From NCBI GenBank assembly GCA_902461815.1, contig CABPZE010000001.1, forward strand, positions 321,374 to 385,373: DNA of 64,000 bases. Reading direction: 5' to 3'. Source of the stretch: an uncultured Anaerotruncus sp. Lineage in GTDB: Bacteria > Bacillota > Clostridia > Oscillospirales > CAG-272. Made by a program: the position numbers and the translations under genes. Shown here one piece after another: positions 16,177 to 26,427 of this stretch (positions are counted from its first letter, which is position 1; each line of letters begins with the position of its first letter). The notes under the pieces are model-generated. The model was given only the letters and a program-made list of their open reading frames with translations. It ran no database searches and was not told the DNA's origin.

Positions 16177-18795
16177 TCAAAACAGCTTAAGCAATCGCCT
16201 GTACAGATTAAGCCCGCTGTACTCGTCTCCCCAGCCTCCCGGAAGCCACGCTGACTGATTTGAATGAATGTTCGAATTGACCGGAACTGCAGGAAGGTGA
16301 TTATCATCAAGTATCCATGCTTCTGAGCTTGCGTGCTCGGTGCAGGCGTGATTATATGGCAGTCCGCTTCCGGAATGCATTCCGAAAAATCTGCCGTTGC
16401 CTGAAAGATTCTGATAATACGGGTAGTGACTGTTCAAATAAGGCGCAACTCCCGACGAGGTCTTTACACAGGTGTACTGGGTGTCCGAAACATATATCTC
16501 CATCGGGAAGTTGCGGTTTACAAGCATTAGCGACTTCTGAACCAGGTTCTGCACCGGGCACTTGTCACAAGCAACACCGCCGGTCTCAGAGTCAAACCAC
16601 ACCCATACATGACGGTCGCAGGAGGTCGTAGGCTCTGTCCCGCGTAGAAAATATCCGGTCTCGGCGCAATTGCCGCGAGGATCAGCCTCGCACGCGGCGG
16701 TAATCAGCTTTCCTGAATATTTGCAGTAGGTGCATTTGACCACATCGTCCGAAACGCGGAAGGTCTTAAGCTCTTCAGTACCATCTTTCACCGCATCAAA
16801 TATCGGCTGATGGATCTCTGTCATCATGGTGTTCCATACAATACCGGACGGGTTGTCTCCGGGTATTGCCTTGGGGTATTCGTAGCCATACCAGACGCCG
16901 CAGATGTAGTACGGTGAGTAACCGATAAACCAACGGTCATAGTTATCTCCGGCAGAACCCGTTTTGGCGGCAAGCTCGATCTGCGAATCCAGCTTGATAT
17001 ATCCGCTGTGCGCAACAACATTCTGAAGCAGCTTTGTCATTATTGAAGCCGTCGCCTCACTCAGCGCAACAGTACCCTTGTAGTTATTCTGAAGTATGAC
17101 ATTCCCTGCGCTGTCCTCAACCTTAAGATAGGAATGCGGTTCATTGTAAACACCGTAGTTAGCGAAAATAGAATATGCCGCAGTCATCTCTCGCACGGTC
17201 AGGCCGTAATTGAGCTGTCCGAGCGCCAACGCCGCATAGCCCTTGTCGGTGAGCTTCCGTCCACTCTCAAGAGTTCTGGATTCTATCAGATTTTCAAGCT
17301 TGAGAGTATCGTGACAGAAGCGAAATGACTTTTCAAGTCCAAGCAGATCCAGCACCTTGAGTGATACCGTGTTGAGCGAATTTTCGACTGAATATTTTAT
17401 ATTTGTTATACCGCGATAATAGTAGTCAAAGTTTTTGGGCCAGGCAACATTATCGGTAAAGGTAAACGGAGTATCGTCAAATACCGACGCATAGGTAATA
17501 AGCCCGCTTTCTATTGCCGGTGCATACACGGCAAGCGGCTTGATAGAAGAACCGGGAGAACGAGTTGTAGTCGTCGCATAGTTCTGAATACGGTTTCCGC
17601 TCTTTTCCCCTCGGGCGCCTACGACAGCAAGAATATCTCCGGTATCAGGATCGATCACAATTGCCGAAGACTGAGCCGGAATACCGGATTTGTTTTCGGG
17701 AAAATTTGAGTCGTCAAGATAAGTTTCCTCAAGTATCGTCTGGATCCTGTCGTCAACCAGAAGATAGATCTTCCAGCCGCTGTTATACACCTGAAGCGCC
17801 GCCATTCTTTCGGAAACGCCGTACTGCTCGGCATAATCGCTGATAATATCCTCGATCGCCATATCGGTGTACCATGAGTTAAGATTTATCTCACGTGTAT
17901 CGTCGGTAACGTTGAGGACAAGCTCCTTGTCATATGCCTCATCGTACTCGCGCTTGTTGATAAGTCCCTGCTCAAGCATAAGATCAAGCACCGTATTCCG
18001 GCGTTCAAGGTTGTCCTCGGGATGCGTTATCGGATTGTATTTTGAAGGATTCTTGGTAATTGACGCGATCGCTACACACTCAATAAGCGTAAGCTCGCTG
18101 ACATCTTTGTTAAAATACTTGTTAGCCGCTGCCTGAACTCCGTAGCATCCGGAGCCGAGATTTATGATGTTGAGATACATTTCAAGTATCTCTTCCTTCT
18201 CCATCTTTTTTTCAAGGTCAAGCGCCCAAAGGATTTCCTGGATCTTTCTCTGTATTTTATACGAGTCGTCACCGGTAACGTTTTTTATCAGCTGTTGCGT
18301 CAGTGTCGAACCGCCGTAGTTTGAATCATCAAACCCCAGAAAAAAGTTTGCTCCCGCCTTTATCGTTCTCAGCCAGTCAACACCGTCGTGAGTGCGGAAT
18401 CTCTTGTCCTCAACCGCGATAAAAGCATTCTGCAGATCTTCGGGGATCTGGTCATATCCGATATATATACTGTTTTTCGGACCGTAAAGACGTTCATTTT
18501 CAAGCTCCACCGCAGTACCGACACGGTTTGAACGGTCTGTGAAATCATAGCGGTAAACGCGCGTCGTGGTCGAGGTGTTGAAATCAAGCGTGAATTTGGA
18601 CATATCGACTTCGGTTTCGACATAATTCTTAACATATATAGTGAAAGCGCAGACAACGATTATTCCGGTAAGCGCGCAGATAAGCAGAAATGTTATCAGC
18701 ACACTGAGAAAACCGCGGAAGAACAATCCCGCGCCATGAATAAATATCTTTCCGGCTTTTTTTATTTCCTCAAGCCAGTTTATTTTTTTCTGCAT
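16177..18795 (-). CDS. Class A penicillin-binding protein (glycosyltransferase + transpeptidase) with Cys-rich C-terminal extension
   Basis: GT51 motifs 'EDKRFRTHDGVD' and 'GGSTLTQQL', and transpeptidase 'SPGSSIKP' (SxxK). I prefer the ATG at 18795 (MQKKINW…), which has GAAAGG 7 nt upstream. The track uses TTG at 18810. Confidence 0.9.
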   Translation of the reverse strand: MQKKINWLEEIKKAGKIFIHGAGLFFRGFLSVLITFLLICALTGIIVVCAFTIYVKNYVETEVDMSKFTLDFNTSTTTRVYRYDFTDRSNRVGTAVELENERLYGPKNSIYIGYDQIPEDLQNAFIAVEDKRFRTHDGVDWLRTIKAGANFFLGFDDSNYGGSTLTQQLIKNVTGDDSYKIQRKIQEILWALDLEKKMEKEEILEMYLNIINLGSGCYGVQAAANKYFNKDVSELTLIECVAIASITKNPSKYNPITHPEDNLERRNTVLDLMLEQGLINKREYDEAYDKELVLNVTDDTREINLNSWYTDMAIEDIISDYAEQYGVSERMAALQVYNSGWKIYLLVDDRIQTILEETYLDDSNFPENKSGIPAQSSAIVIDPDTGDILAVVGARGEKSGNRIQNYATTTTRSPGSSIKPLAVYAPAIESGLITYASVFDDTPFTFTDNVAWPKNFDYYYRGITNIKYSVENSLNTVSLKVLDLLGLEKSFRFCHDTLKLENLIESRTLESGRKLTDKGYAALALGQLNYGLTVREMTAAYSIFANYGVYNEPHSYLKVEDSAGNVILQNNYKGTVALSEATASIMTKLLQNVVAHSGYIKLDSQIELAAKTGSAGDNYDRWFIGYSPYYICGVWYGYEYPKAIPGDNPSGIVWNTMMTEIHQPIFDAVKDGTEELKTFRVSDDVVKCTYCKYSGKLITAACEADPRGNCAETGYFLRGTEPTTSCDRHVWVWFDSETGGVACDKCPVQNLVQKSLMLVNRNFPMEIYVSDTQYTCVKTSSGVAPYLNSHYPYYQNLSGNGRFFGMHSGSGLPYNHACTEHASSEAWILDDNHLPAVPVNSNIHSNQSAWLPGGWGDEYSGLNLYRRLLKLF

Positions 18796-18964
18796 TTGTC
18801 TGCCTTTCAATTATCCGAATTATTGATGATAGCCGCGGTAAGGCATCAGATATCTTCCAAACCGCAGAATTATTTTACCACTTTATTTTGAATATATTAT
18901 GAATTCGGGACAATAATAATGAAAAAGAAAATTTCAGGCGGCAGAACGCAAGTCCGCCGGCAAA

Positions 18965-19417
18965 ATGAAGGATAAGAATATGAAAAACAAGCTCATAGCG
19001 TTTATTACCACAGCGGCGGTGCTTTCTCTTATTGTATCGACCGTCGCCGTTATCAGCTGCTCACGCGCGTTCTCAAAGAAAAACGATATAATACATGCCT
19101 ACCCGGATACCGAACACAGACTTCCCGATTCCCCGATAACTCAATATTGCGATACAGATACACATGACAACGATACAACTCCGGATACCGATAACGACGA
19201 GCCGGCAAAGAGCGCAGGTCTTTCCGAGGACGCGCTTTATCTGTTGATCTACGAAAACGATACACTGTTTGCCTTTGACGAATCAGGTACCGAAATATTT
19301 TCGTCACCGCTGAATGCCGACCGCCTGTCCGCCGCAGAGTCAGAGCTGCTTTACGGCGGAATAATGATTGCGGGCGGTTCGGCGCTGCGCGAAGCGCTTG
19401 AAGACCTGCTCTGCTGA
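18965..19417 (+). CDS. Hypothetical membrane-anchored protein
   Basis: 150-aa ORF with one N-terminal TM helix and an acidic D/T-rich linker. An alternative start at 18980 (MKNKLIAF…) has AAGGA upstream. No family recognised. Confidence 0.45.
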   Translation: MKDKNMKNKLIAFITTAAVLSLIVSTVAVISCSRAFSKKNDIIHAYPDTEHRLPDSPITQYCDTDTHDNDTTPDTDNDEPAKSAGLSEDALYLLIYENDTLFAFDESGTEIFSSPLNADRLSAAESELLYGGIMIAGGSALREALEDLLC

Positions 19418-19443
19418 ACTCAGCAAAAATATAAAATCAACGA

Positions 19444-22400
19444 TCAGCGAAGCACGATATTCTCAGCTCCGGCAACCAAGACAAGCTCGGCTACAAGGCA
19501 GCCGCTTATATCTGCACCCGTCCGGCTGTCCTCATATTTTGCTTCATCTGCAAAATAAAACACAGTCCTCAGAGTGCCGTCAAAGATACCGACAAGATTG
19601 TCGCATTTTCTGTAAATCAGGCTGTCGCGCGAGGGGACTCTGATATAAAGCACACGCGGCTGTACGTGTTGCTGCGGTGCAGACGTGCGGGATGGCGTAA
19701 TTCTTTTCAAAGTTGACACCGAGTCCGGTGTTACCGCGGCGGGCTTATACCTCTCATCCGTTATCAGCGGAATAATATGATTCAAAAGAATTTTGACCTC
19801 ATCGCCGTCGCGCCCCTCGCGAATCGAAAGAGTTCCGCGCACGCATACCGCTTCGCCGTTCTGTATAAGCCCTCGGTATTTTTCAAAGCTTTTCGGAAAA
19901 ACAACGACTTCGATCTGCCCGAAGCTGTCCTCAAGCCGGAAAAATGCCATCGTTTCATTCCCGCGTGTGCTTTTGCGGTTAAGTCCGGATATGATACCTG
20001 CCACCGTGACCGACTGCTTATCGGTATACCGAGCATCTGGGGAATATTCTCCACTCTGAACCTCATCGTCGGAATCGTCGGACATAAGGTCTCCTATCGA
20101 CACCGGGGATAAGTCCTTTATATGCTTTGAGAAACCGTCAAGCACATGACCGGAAAAGCACATTCCGACACTTTCTTTTTCATACTCCAGAAGCTGACGC
20201 AAAGGATATTCCGGAATATCCGGATAAACGCAGATCCCGCCCAGCTTCGTATCCGGATTTTTTTCGCTGTTCTGTTGCGATGCAACGGAAAACATATCAA
20301 GCTGACCGTCAAGGTTATGCCGGCTCTTTTCGGCGATTGCAGTCAGCGCCGGGTTCAAAGCCTCAACAAGACGCGAACGGTATACGCCGAAGCAGTCAAA
20401 AGCTCCTGCTTTTATAAGTGTTTCGATCATCCTCCGGTTAAGCTCGCTGTCGGACATACGTGTAAGAAAATCGTCAAAGCTTGTAAAAGCACCGCCGCTC
20501 TCACGTTCGCGTATTATTGCATCGACAAACTGCCTGCCGACGTTTTTTACCGCCAGAAGCCCGAAGGTAATGTTTTTTCCGCTCACGTGAAAATCGGAAT
20601 AGCTTTGATTGACATCAGGCGGAAGTACCTTAATGCCGAACTTACCTGCCTCGGCAATATACTGTACCGTTTTGGTCTGATTTCCGAGCACCGATGTAAG
20701 CAGTGCCGACAGATATTCGCGCGGGTAATGCGCCTTGAGATAAGCCGTTCTGAATGAGATCACTGCATACGCGGCGGCGTGGCTCTTATTGAAGGCATAA
20801 TTGGCAAAGCTCGCCATATCGTCAAACAGCTTTTCTGCGTCTTCCCTGCTCATCCCGCGCTCGGAAGCGCCGTTTATAAACTCCTCACGCTCTGCCTCAA
20901 GCGCATACGCCTTCTTTTTTGCCATAGCACGGCGCACGACATCGGCACGACCGAGAGAATATCCCGCCATAATGCGGAATATACTCATGACCTGCTCCTG
21001 ATATACTATGCAGCCATACGTTTCGGAAAGCACCGGGCGAAGCAACTCGCACGGATAAACAACGGAATCCGGCTCATTTCTCCCTGCAATATACTTAGGG
21101 ATAGAATCCATCGGTCCCGGACGATAAAGAGCAATTGCCGCAAGAATATCGTCTATCGAACGCGGTGCAAGACTTGTCAACATCGCGCGCATACCGGTCG
21201 ATTCAAGCTGGAAAACTCCCAGCGTCTGTCCGCGTGAGATCAGCGCGTAGGTATCGGGATCGGAAAGGTCAACCTTTTCAATATCAAATTCGGGTTCACG
21301 CTCCTTTATCTGACGCACGGCACAGTCGATAATGGTAAGATATCTCAGCGCAAGAAAATCAAACTTCAAAAGCCCAAGCTCAGATACGGTATCCATATCG
21401 TACTGAGTTATAACGGCGCCGTTACTTACAGAAAGCGGAACATAATCTGTAATGGGAAGCTCTGTTATAACTACTCCGGCTGCGTGTACAGACACATTTC
21501 TCGGCATTCCCTCCAGGGCGCGCGCGGTATCAATAAGATCACGTATCTTACCCGAAGATTCGTATTTTTCGCGAAGCTCCTCATTCTCCAGTGCATCGCC
21601 AAGCGTAACGCCAAGCTCACGCGGTATCAGCTTTGCTACCTCGTCAACCTCTGCATAAGGCATACCCATGGCACGCCCGACGTCCCGAATGACAGCACGA
21701 GCCGCCATAGTACCGAAGGTGATTATCTGCGACACGTGCTCAGAGCCGTAGCGTTCTTTGACATATTTCAGCACCTCGTCGCGACGCTCATAGCAGAAAT
21801 CAATATCAATATCCGGCATGCTTACACGTTCGGGGTTCAGGAATCTTTCAAAATAAAGCCCGAAACGTATTGGATCAATGTCGGTTATTCCCGTCAGATA
21901 CGCAGTAAGGCTACCGGCGCCGGAGCCTCTGCCGGGTCCTACCGGAATATCCCGGCTCTTGGCAAAGCCAACATAATCGGCGACAATAAGAAAATAGTCG
22001 GAATATCCCATATTTCTGATGACGGACAGTTCATAGTCAAGTCTTTCGCGGTATTCGGCTTCCGTGTGACCCTGATACGGAACAGTGCTGTTTGCCATAT
22101 ATCGCTCAAGACCCTTAAGAGCCAGACCACGCAAAGCCTCGTCAGCTGTTACCCCACCCTCCGGGTGGAACGCCGGGAGGAGAGTTTTGCCGAATGAAAA
22201 CTCAAAATTACATCTCTCTGCAATTTTTACGGTATTTTCAAGCGCACCTTCGTATGAACCGAACAGCGCCCGCATCTCATCCGTTGACTTATAGAAGAAT
22301 TCATCGGTTTCAAATCCTGCCGGGCGACCGTCGGAAATTACACTGTTGGTTTGAATGCACATAAGCAAAGCCTGAGTTGCAGCATCCGTGCGTTTAAGAT

Positions 22401-23025
22401 AATGCACGTCATTGGTGGCGACCATTCCTATCCCGCACTCGCGCGAGATCCTTGCAAGAGACGGAAGTATCTGCCTCTGCTCAGCTATCCCATGATTCTG
22501 AAGCTCTATATAGAAGTTGTCTTTACCGAAAATGCTGCTGTATTTTTCGGCGACGGCTTTTGCGCCGTCATAGTCTCCCGCGACAAGACGGGAAGGTATC
22601 TCACCCGCAAGGCACGCCGAAAGCGCAATAAGTCCGCCGTGATATTTTCTAAGAAGCTCGTCATCCACACGCGGACGCGAATAAAAGCCCTCGGTATAGC
22701 CCAAAGACACTATTTTTATCAGATTTTTATATCCTGTTTCGTTTTCGCACAGAAGCACCATATGCCGCGCCGCATTTTCCCTTCCGGCGATCTTTTCAAA
22801 GCGGGAGCGCGGAGCCACATAAACCTCGCATCCGATTATAGGCTTTATTCCCTCCTCGCGGCAAGCCTTGAAAAATGCAACCGCGCCGTACATTGCTCCG
22901 TGATCGGTTATTGCGACCGCAGTGTGTCCCGCCGCCGCCGCCGCTTTTGGAATTTCTTTAATGCGGCAGGCGCCGTCAAGCAAACTGTATTCACTGTGCA
23001 GGTGGAGATGCACGAAGTCCGACAT
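19444..23025 (-). CDS. dnaE: DNA polymerase III alpha subunit (DnaE type)
   Basis: 1193 aa with an N-terminal PHP domain 'FVHLHLHSEYSLLDGA', a polymerase core ('GPGRGSGAGS', 'PDIDIDF') and a C-terminal OB-fold region. Confidence 0.93.
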   Translation of the reverse strand: MSDFVHLHLHSEYSLLDGACRIKEIPKAAAAAGHTAVAITDHGAMYGAVAFFKACREEGIKPIIGCEVYVAPRSRFEKIAGRENAARHMVLLCENETGYKNLIKIVSLGYTEGFYSRPRVDDELLRKYHGGLIALSACLAGEIPSRLVAGDYDGAKAVAEKYSSIFGKDNFYIELQNHGIAEQRQILPSLARISRECGIGMVATNDVHYLKRTDAATQALLMCIQTNSVISDGRPAGFETDEFFYKSTDEMRALFGSYEGALENTVKIAERCNFEFSFGKTLLPAFHPEGGVTADEALRGLALKGLERYMANSTVPYQGHTEAEYRERLDYELSVIRNMGYSDYFLIVADYVGFAKSRDIPVGPGRGSGAGSLTAYLTGITDIDPIRFGLYFERFLNPERVSMPDIDIDFCYERRDEVLKYVKERYGSEHVSQIITFGTMAARAVIRDVGRAMGMPYAEVDEVAKLIPRELGVTLGDALENEELREKYESSGKIRDLIDTARALEGMPRNVSVHAAGVVITELPITDYVPLSVSNGAVITQYDMDTVSELGLLKFDFLALRYLTIIDCAVRQIKEREPEFDIEKVDLSDPDTYALISRGQTLGVFQLESTGMRAMLTSLAPRSIDDILAAIALYRPGPMDSIPKYIAGRNEPDSVVYPCELLRPVLSETYGCIVYQEQVMSIFRIMAGYSLGRADVVRRAMAKKKAYALEAEREEFINGASERGMSREDAEKLFDDMASFANYAFNKSHAAAYAVISFRTAYLKAHYPREYLSALLTSVLGNQTKTVQYIAEAGKFGIKVLPPDVNQSYSDFHVSGKNITFGLLAVKNVGRQFVDAIIRERESGGAFTSFDDFLTRMSDSELNRRMIETLIKAGAFDCFGVYRSRLVEALNPALTAIAEKSRHNLDGQLDMFSVASQQNSEKNPDTKLGGICVYPDIPEYPLRQLLEYEKESVGMCFSGHVLDGFSKHIKDLSPVSIGDLMSDDSDDEVQSGEYSPDARYTDKQSVTVAGIISGLNRKSTRGNETMAFFRLEDSFGQIEVVVFPKSFEKYRGLIQNGEAVCVRGTLSIREGRDGDEVKILLNHIIPLITDERYKPAAVTPDSVSTLKRITPSRTSAPQQHVQPRVLYIRVPSRDSLIYRKCDNLVGIFDGTLRTVFYFADEAKYEDSRTGADISGCLVAELVLVAGAENIVLR

Positions 23026-23046
23026 ACTGACTCCCGCCTTTCGATA

Positions 23047-23958
23047 TTACTTATTTTCAGATATCTTACTTTTCATTTTGGCAGCATAAGCGCATAGCTT
23101 CTGAAGCCTGTGGTTTACTCCGGATTTTGAAATAGGTGGAGAATGCTTTGCCGCCAGTTCCGAAATTGAACACTCCTGTTCTCTTTCCCTCAGCTCCGCT
23201 GTTTCGCGCAGCTCTGCGGGAAGCCCGGTAAAATATCCGTTTTCACGCAAAAAGGTAATTGCCTCAAGCTGCTCTGCCGCGGCGCTTACGGAACGCCCGA
23301 TGTTTCTGATCTCACAGTTTGAGGCACGGTTGACATTACTGCGGAATTCTCGCATAAGATCCGACTGTATCAACTTCATTGCCGCGCGGGATGCACCTGC
23401 CGCCGAAAGAATGTCCTGAACTCCTACGCTTCTCTTATAAATAAGCGAACAGCTTTCCGAGCGATGAGAAAGTATGGGCTTTTCACCGTTTGCCTCAAAA
23501 AAACAGGCAATTCTCTCAGCTCGCGAAGGGTCAGAGATCCGTATTTCAAGCCTTACCTCTTTATCAGGATCGGAAAAACGCGCTGCTGACGAAAGAATAC
23601 CCGCAAGAAACGCCGCCCGGCATCCTGCGCATTTAAGCTCGGGTATATCCGCCGTGACCTTTATCGGGTCGGAAATCTCTCCAAGAAAACCTGCAAATCT
23701 CTTTGATTCAAACTCAAATACCGTGATCTTTCTTCCGTAGCAGTTTTCAACCGTCGTATCGGGTTCGCGTCCGTATTGTTCAAGCAGTAGCTTGCGCGCC
23801 GATTCTGCCGCACATATATCCGGAATGCGGCACATGACCATTCCCGCAACACCATTTTCTGCATTAATAAGCAAACCGTGAAGCAGACTTCTTCTGCAGC
23901 ACGCCGATTGCGGAAGCGTTTCAAGAAGCTCCTGCCTTATTTCCTGTCCGAAGCTCAT
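23047..23958 (-). CDS. whiA: DNA-binding protein WhiA
   Basis: 'MSFGQEIRQELL…' N-terminus, a LAGLIDADG-like core and a C-terminal HTH ('ISELAAKH…SKSGVNHRLQKL'). The ATG at 23958 overlaps the murB stop (ATGA). Confidence 0.88.
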   Translation of the reverse strand: MSFGQEIRQELLETLPQSACCRRSLLHGLLINAENGVAGMVMCRIPDICAAESARKLLLEQYGREPDTTVENCYGRKITVFEFESKRFAGFLGEISDPIKVTADIPELKCAGCRAAFLAGILSSAARFSDPDKEVRLEIRISDPSRAERIACFFEANGEKPILSHRSESCSLIYKRSVGVQDILSAAGASRAAMKLIQSDLMREFRSNVNRASNCEIRNIGRSVSAAAEQLEAITFLRENGYFTGLPAELRETAELREREQECSISELAAKHSPPISKSGVNHRLQKLCAYAAKMKSKISENK

Positions 23959-24878
23959 TGTTTTTCCGGTATTCTGCGTATTTCGCATTCAAGTCTGATA
24001 CCATAATTTTTAAATATCGTATTCTGAATGTGCTCTATAAGTAGACACACATCGTGCGATGTCGCGCCTCCGCGGTTGACAATAAATCCCGCATGTTTTT
24101 TTGACACCTCCGCGCCGCCGACCGAATATCCTTTAAGACCGCTTTCCTCGATCATCTTTCCAACATAAACATCCGGCGCACTGCGTTTGAAAACGCTGCC
24201 CGCGCTCGGGTAATTAAGCGGCTGTTTCTCGACCCTGCGACGCATAAACTCATTCATCTTTTCGGATATCGCGTTTACATCTGCCGCTTCAAGCTGAAGG
24301 TCAACGGAAAGCACGGTATATCTTTCTCCGTTTCCCACAATGCTTTTCCTGTACGAAAAGCACATATCCTTGTTTTCAAACTTAACGATATCATCACATT
24401 CCGAATCGTAAAGCGTTACCGTTTTCACAACATCGGCAAGCTCGCCACCGTAAGCGCCCGCATTCATGCAAACAGCGCCACCGCAGCTTCCGGGTATGCC
24501 ATAGGCAAATTCAATGCCTGAAAGTCCGTTTTTTCGTGCAACAGATGCAAGTGCAAGCAAAGACGCCCCGGCGCCTGCACTTATGACAGTACCGCTGACG
24601 GAAATATCGCATATTTTTTTTGTAAAAATGACAGCGCCGCGATAGCCAGCGTCATCAAACAGAAGATTTGAGCCATTCCCGACCACCATATACCGGATAC
24701 CGTTTTTTTTCGCGGAACTGATGGCTTTTGTGAGCTGACCCCCAGAATCCGGATATACTCCGACATCGGCATTGCCGCCGATGCGGAAGCTCGTGTGCTC
24801 GGAAAGTGGAACATCAGGCTCATATATTATGTCAAGCATATCAAGCGAATCAACATATTTCTTGAGAATTTCGTCCAT
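23955..24878 (-). CDS. murB: UDP-N-acetylenolpyruvoylglucosamine reductase
   Basis: 307 aa with an FAD-binding domain ('HTSFRIGGNADV', 'VVGNGSNLL') and 'PSAGSVFK'. AAGGAG RBS present. Confidence 0.92.
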   Translation of the reverse strand: MDEILKKYVDSLDMLDIIYEPDVPLSEHTSFRIGGNADVGVYPDSGGQLTKAISSAKKNGIRYMVVGNGSNLLFDDAGYRGAVIFTKKICDISVSGTVISAGAGASLLALASVARKNGLSGIEFAYGIPGSCGGAVCMNAGAYGGELADVVKTVTLYDSECDDIVKFENKDMCFSYRKSIVGNGERYTVLSVDLQLEAADVNAISEKMNEFMRRRVEKQPLNYPSAGSVFKRSAPDVYVGKMIEESGLKGYSVGGAEVSKKHAGFIVNRGGATSHDVCLLIEHIQNTIFKNYGIRLECEIRRIPEKQ

Positions 24879-24901
24879 GTGCTGCTCCTTTTCGGCGTTT
24901 T

Positions 24902-25588
24902 TTATTCTCCGAGAATGGCAAAAAGCTCACCGAGCGCGTGTATCTCATACATCGGAGTGATACCTGCCGGAAGTATTTTATTTCTTGGATTGAACCAGCA
25001 GGTATCTATACCCGCGGCAATTCCTCCGGAAATGTCGGAAGTAAGTGAATCGCCTATGACCAGCGCCTTATCCGCTTCAAAGCCCTTAATATCGGACTTT
25101 ATAAAATCAAAATATCCTGTTGATGGCTTTTCAAACCCGACCTCCTCTGAAATATATGATTTTTCAATATATTTCTTTATAGGCGAAGCGCCAAGGCGGC
25201 TCTCCTGAATGCTTTTTATTCCGTTGGTAATAATAAACAAGCGGTATCTGCCGTACAACTCGCGGCAAAGGCTGAGCGCACCGTCCATAAGAAATGATTT
25301 TTCGGCAAGCCGGTCTGTGTATTCAACGGCAAGTCGCGATGGATCGACGTCAAATCCGAACCGCTCGGTGAATATCTCGTAACGCCTTACTCTCAGTTTG
25401 TTCTTCTCAATTCCGCCTTTTTCAAGCAGCTTCCAAAGGCTGTCGTTTATCTCGCTGTAAGCCGAGATCAGCTCATCGGTGGGTTCGATCCCAAATTTCA
25501 GAAGCGAATCGCTCAGCGCTTCGCGCTCGGAACGCTTGAAATCAAGCAGGGTATCATCTGCATCGAAAAGAAGGTATTCGTATTTCAT
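24902..25588 (-). CDS. HAD-IA family hydrolase (YjjG-like nucleotidase type)
   Basis: Motif I 'LLFDADDTLLDF', 'ITNG' and motif IV 'VIGDSLTSDISGG'. Confidence 0.72.
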   Translation of the reverse strand: MKYEYLLFDADDTLLDFKRSEREALSDSLLKFGIEPTDELISAYSEINDSLWKLLEKGGIEKNKLRVRRYEIFTERFGFDVDPSRLAVEYTDRLAEKSFLMDGALSLCRELYGRYRLFIITNGIKSIQESRLGASPIKKYIEKSYISEEVGFEKPSTGYFDFIKSDIKGFEADKALVIGDSLTSDISGGIAAGIDTCWFNPRNKILPAGITPMYEIHALGELFAILGE

Positions 25589-25744
25589 AGTCGGTCAGCC
25601 TCATCTTTGGAAGTTATTATTACGCCGAACCGTCGGCTCTTATGCTGATATTATACAACACGTTGAACTTTTTTTCAACATATTTGCGAATCTTTATTTA
25701 ATCAGGTTATTTCTTTGAGACAGCATAACACTCAAAACTCAGTA

Positions 25745-25773
25745 TTGCATTTTTTCTTAAAGTGTAGTATAAT
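25745..25773 (+). promoter_or_regulatory. Sigma-A-type promoter upstream of coaE
   Basis: TTGCAT (25745-25750), a 17-nt spacer, then TATAAT (25768-25773). Confidence 0.55.
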
Positions 25774-25806
25774 ATTTTATATGTATATACTATGAGGAGC
25801 TTCGGT

Positions 25807-26427
25807 ATGATCATCGGAATAACCGGCCCCAGCGGATCGGGAAAATCACTGTTCTGCTCAATGCTTGCAGAGCGCGGATTTACCGTTCTTGACTGCGACA
25901 AAATATATCACGATATGATTTCCGCCCCCGGTGAATGCACCGCCGCGATTGCCCGTGAATTCGGGAACGAAATACTGAACGCCCAAGGAGGCATTGACCG
26001 TTCGGCGCTTGCTGACCGTGTATTCAATTCCGCGGATGCGCTTGAAAGTCTCAACTCAATCACTCGCAAGCATGTTGTACGGCGTATTGAGGAGCTGGCA
26101 CATTCAGCCGAAGCGGCGGGAGATCACGTTGCTGTTGACGCGCCGACTTTGTTTGAAGCCGGAGCAGATTACATATGCGGAATGACGGTTGGAATTCTCG
26201 CACCAAGAAGGACCCGTGCATCACGGCTTGCGGCAAGGGACGGCAATATCCGCACCGAAAAGCAACTGCGCGCCCGCCTTGACGCCTCAAAGCCCGATTC
26301 ATTTTACACCGACCGCTGTGACATAACTTTCCGCAACGATAAAGGCAATGACGCGCTTGAAGCCTTTGCGGAGCAGATATCATCCGGAACATACGCAAAG
26401 GCAAACAAGAAAGGAAGCGCAACATGA
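25807..26427 (+). CDS. coaE: Dephospho-CoA kinase
   Basis: 'MIIGITGPSGSGKS' P-loop at the N-terminus. GAGGAG RBS (25794-25799) lies 7 nt before the ATG at 25807. The track start at 25792 overlaps that RBS. Confidence 0.88.
   Translation: MIIGITGPSGSGKSLFCSMLAERGFTVLDCDKIYHDMISAPGECTAAIAREFGNEILNAQGGIDRSALADRVFNSADALESLNSITRKHVVRRIEELAHSAEAAGDHVAVDAPTLFEAGADYICGMTVGILAPRRTRASRLAARDGNIRTEKQLRARLDASKPDSFYTDRCDITFRNDKGNDALEAFAEQISSGTYAKANKKGSAT

Noticed and set aside
18919-18975. 18-codon mini-ORF (MKKKISGGRTQVRRQNEG) upstream of the 18965 gene
   Set aside because: It has no RBS or terminator context and overlaps the start of the next gene. It is most likely fortuitous.
19777-23097. Several long ORFs (e.g. 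20146-20757, 21484-22197, 22351-23097) on the plus strand opposite dnaE
   Set aside because: They are antisense shadow ORFs inside a well-supported 1193-aa dnaE. They have no RBSs and a low-complexity, Arg/Ser-rich composition typical of wrong-frame translation. The same applies to 6461-7300 opposite metN/metI, 12888-13523 opposite secA and 53637-54218 opposite the sigma gene.
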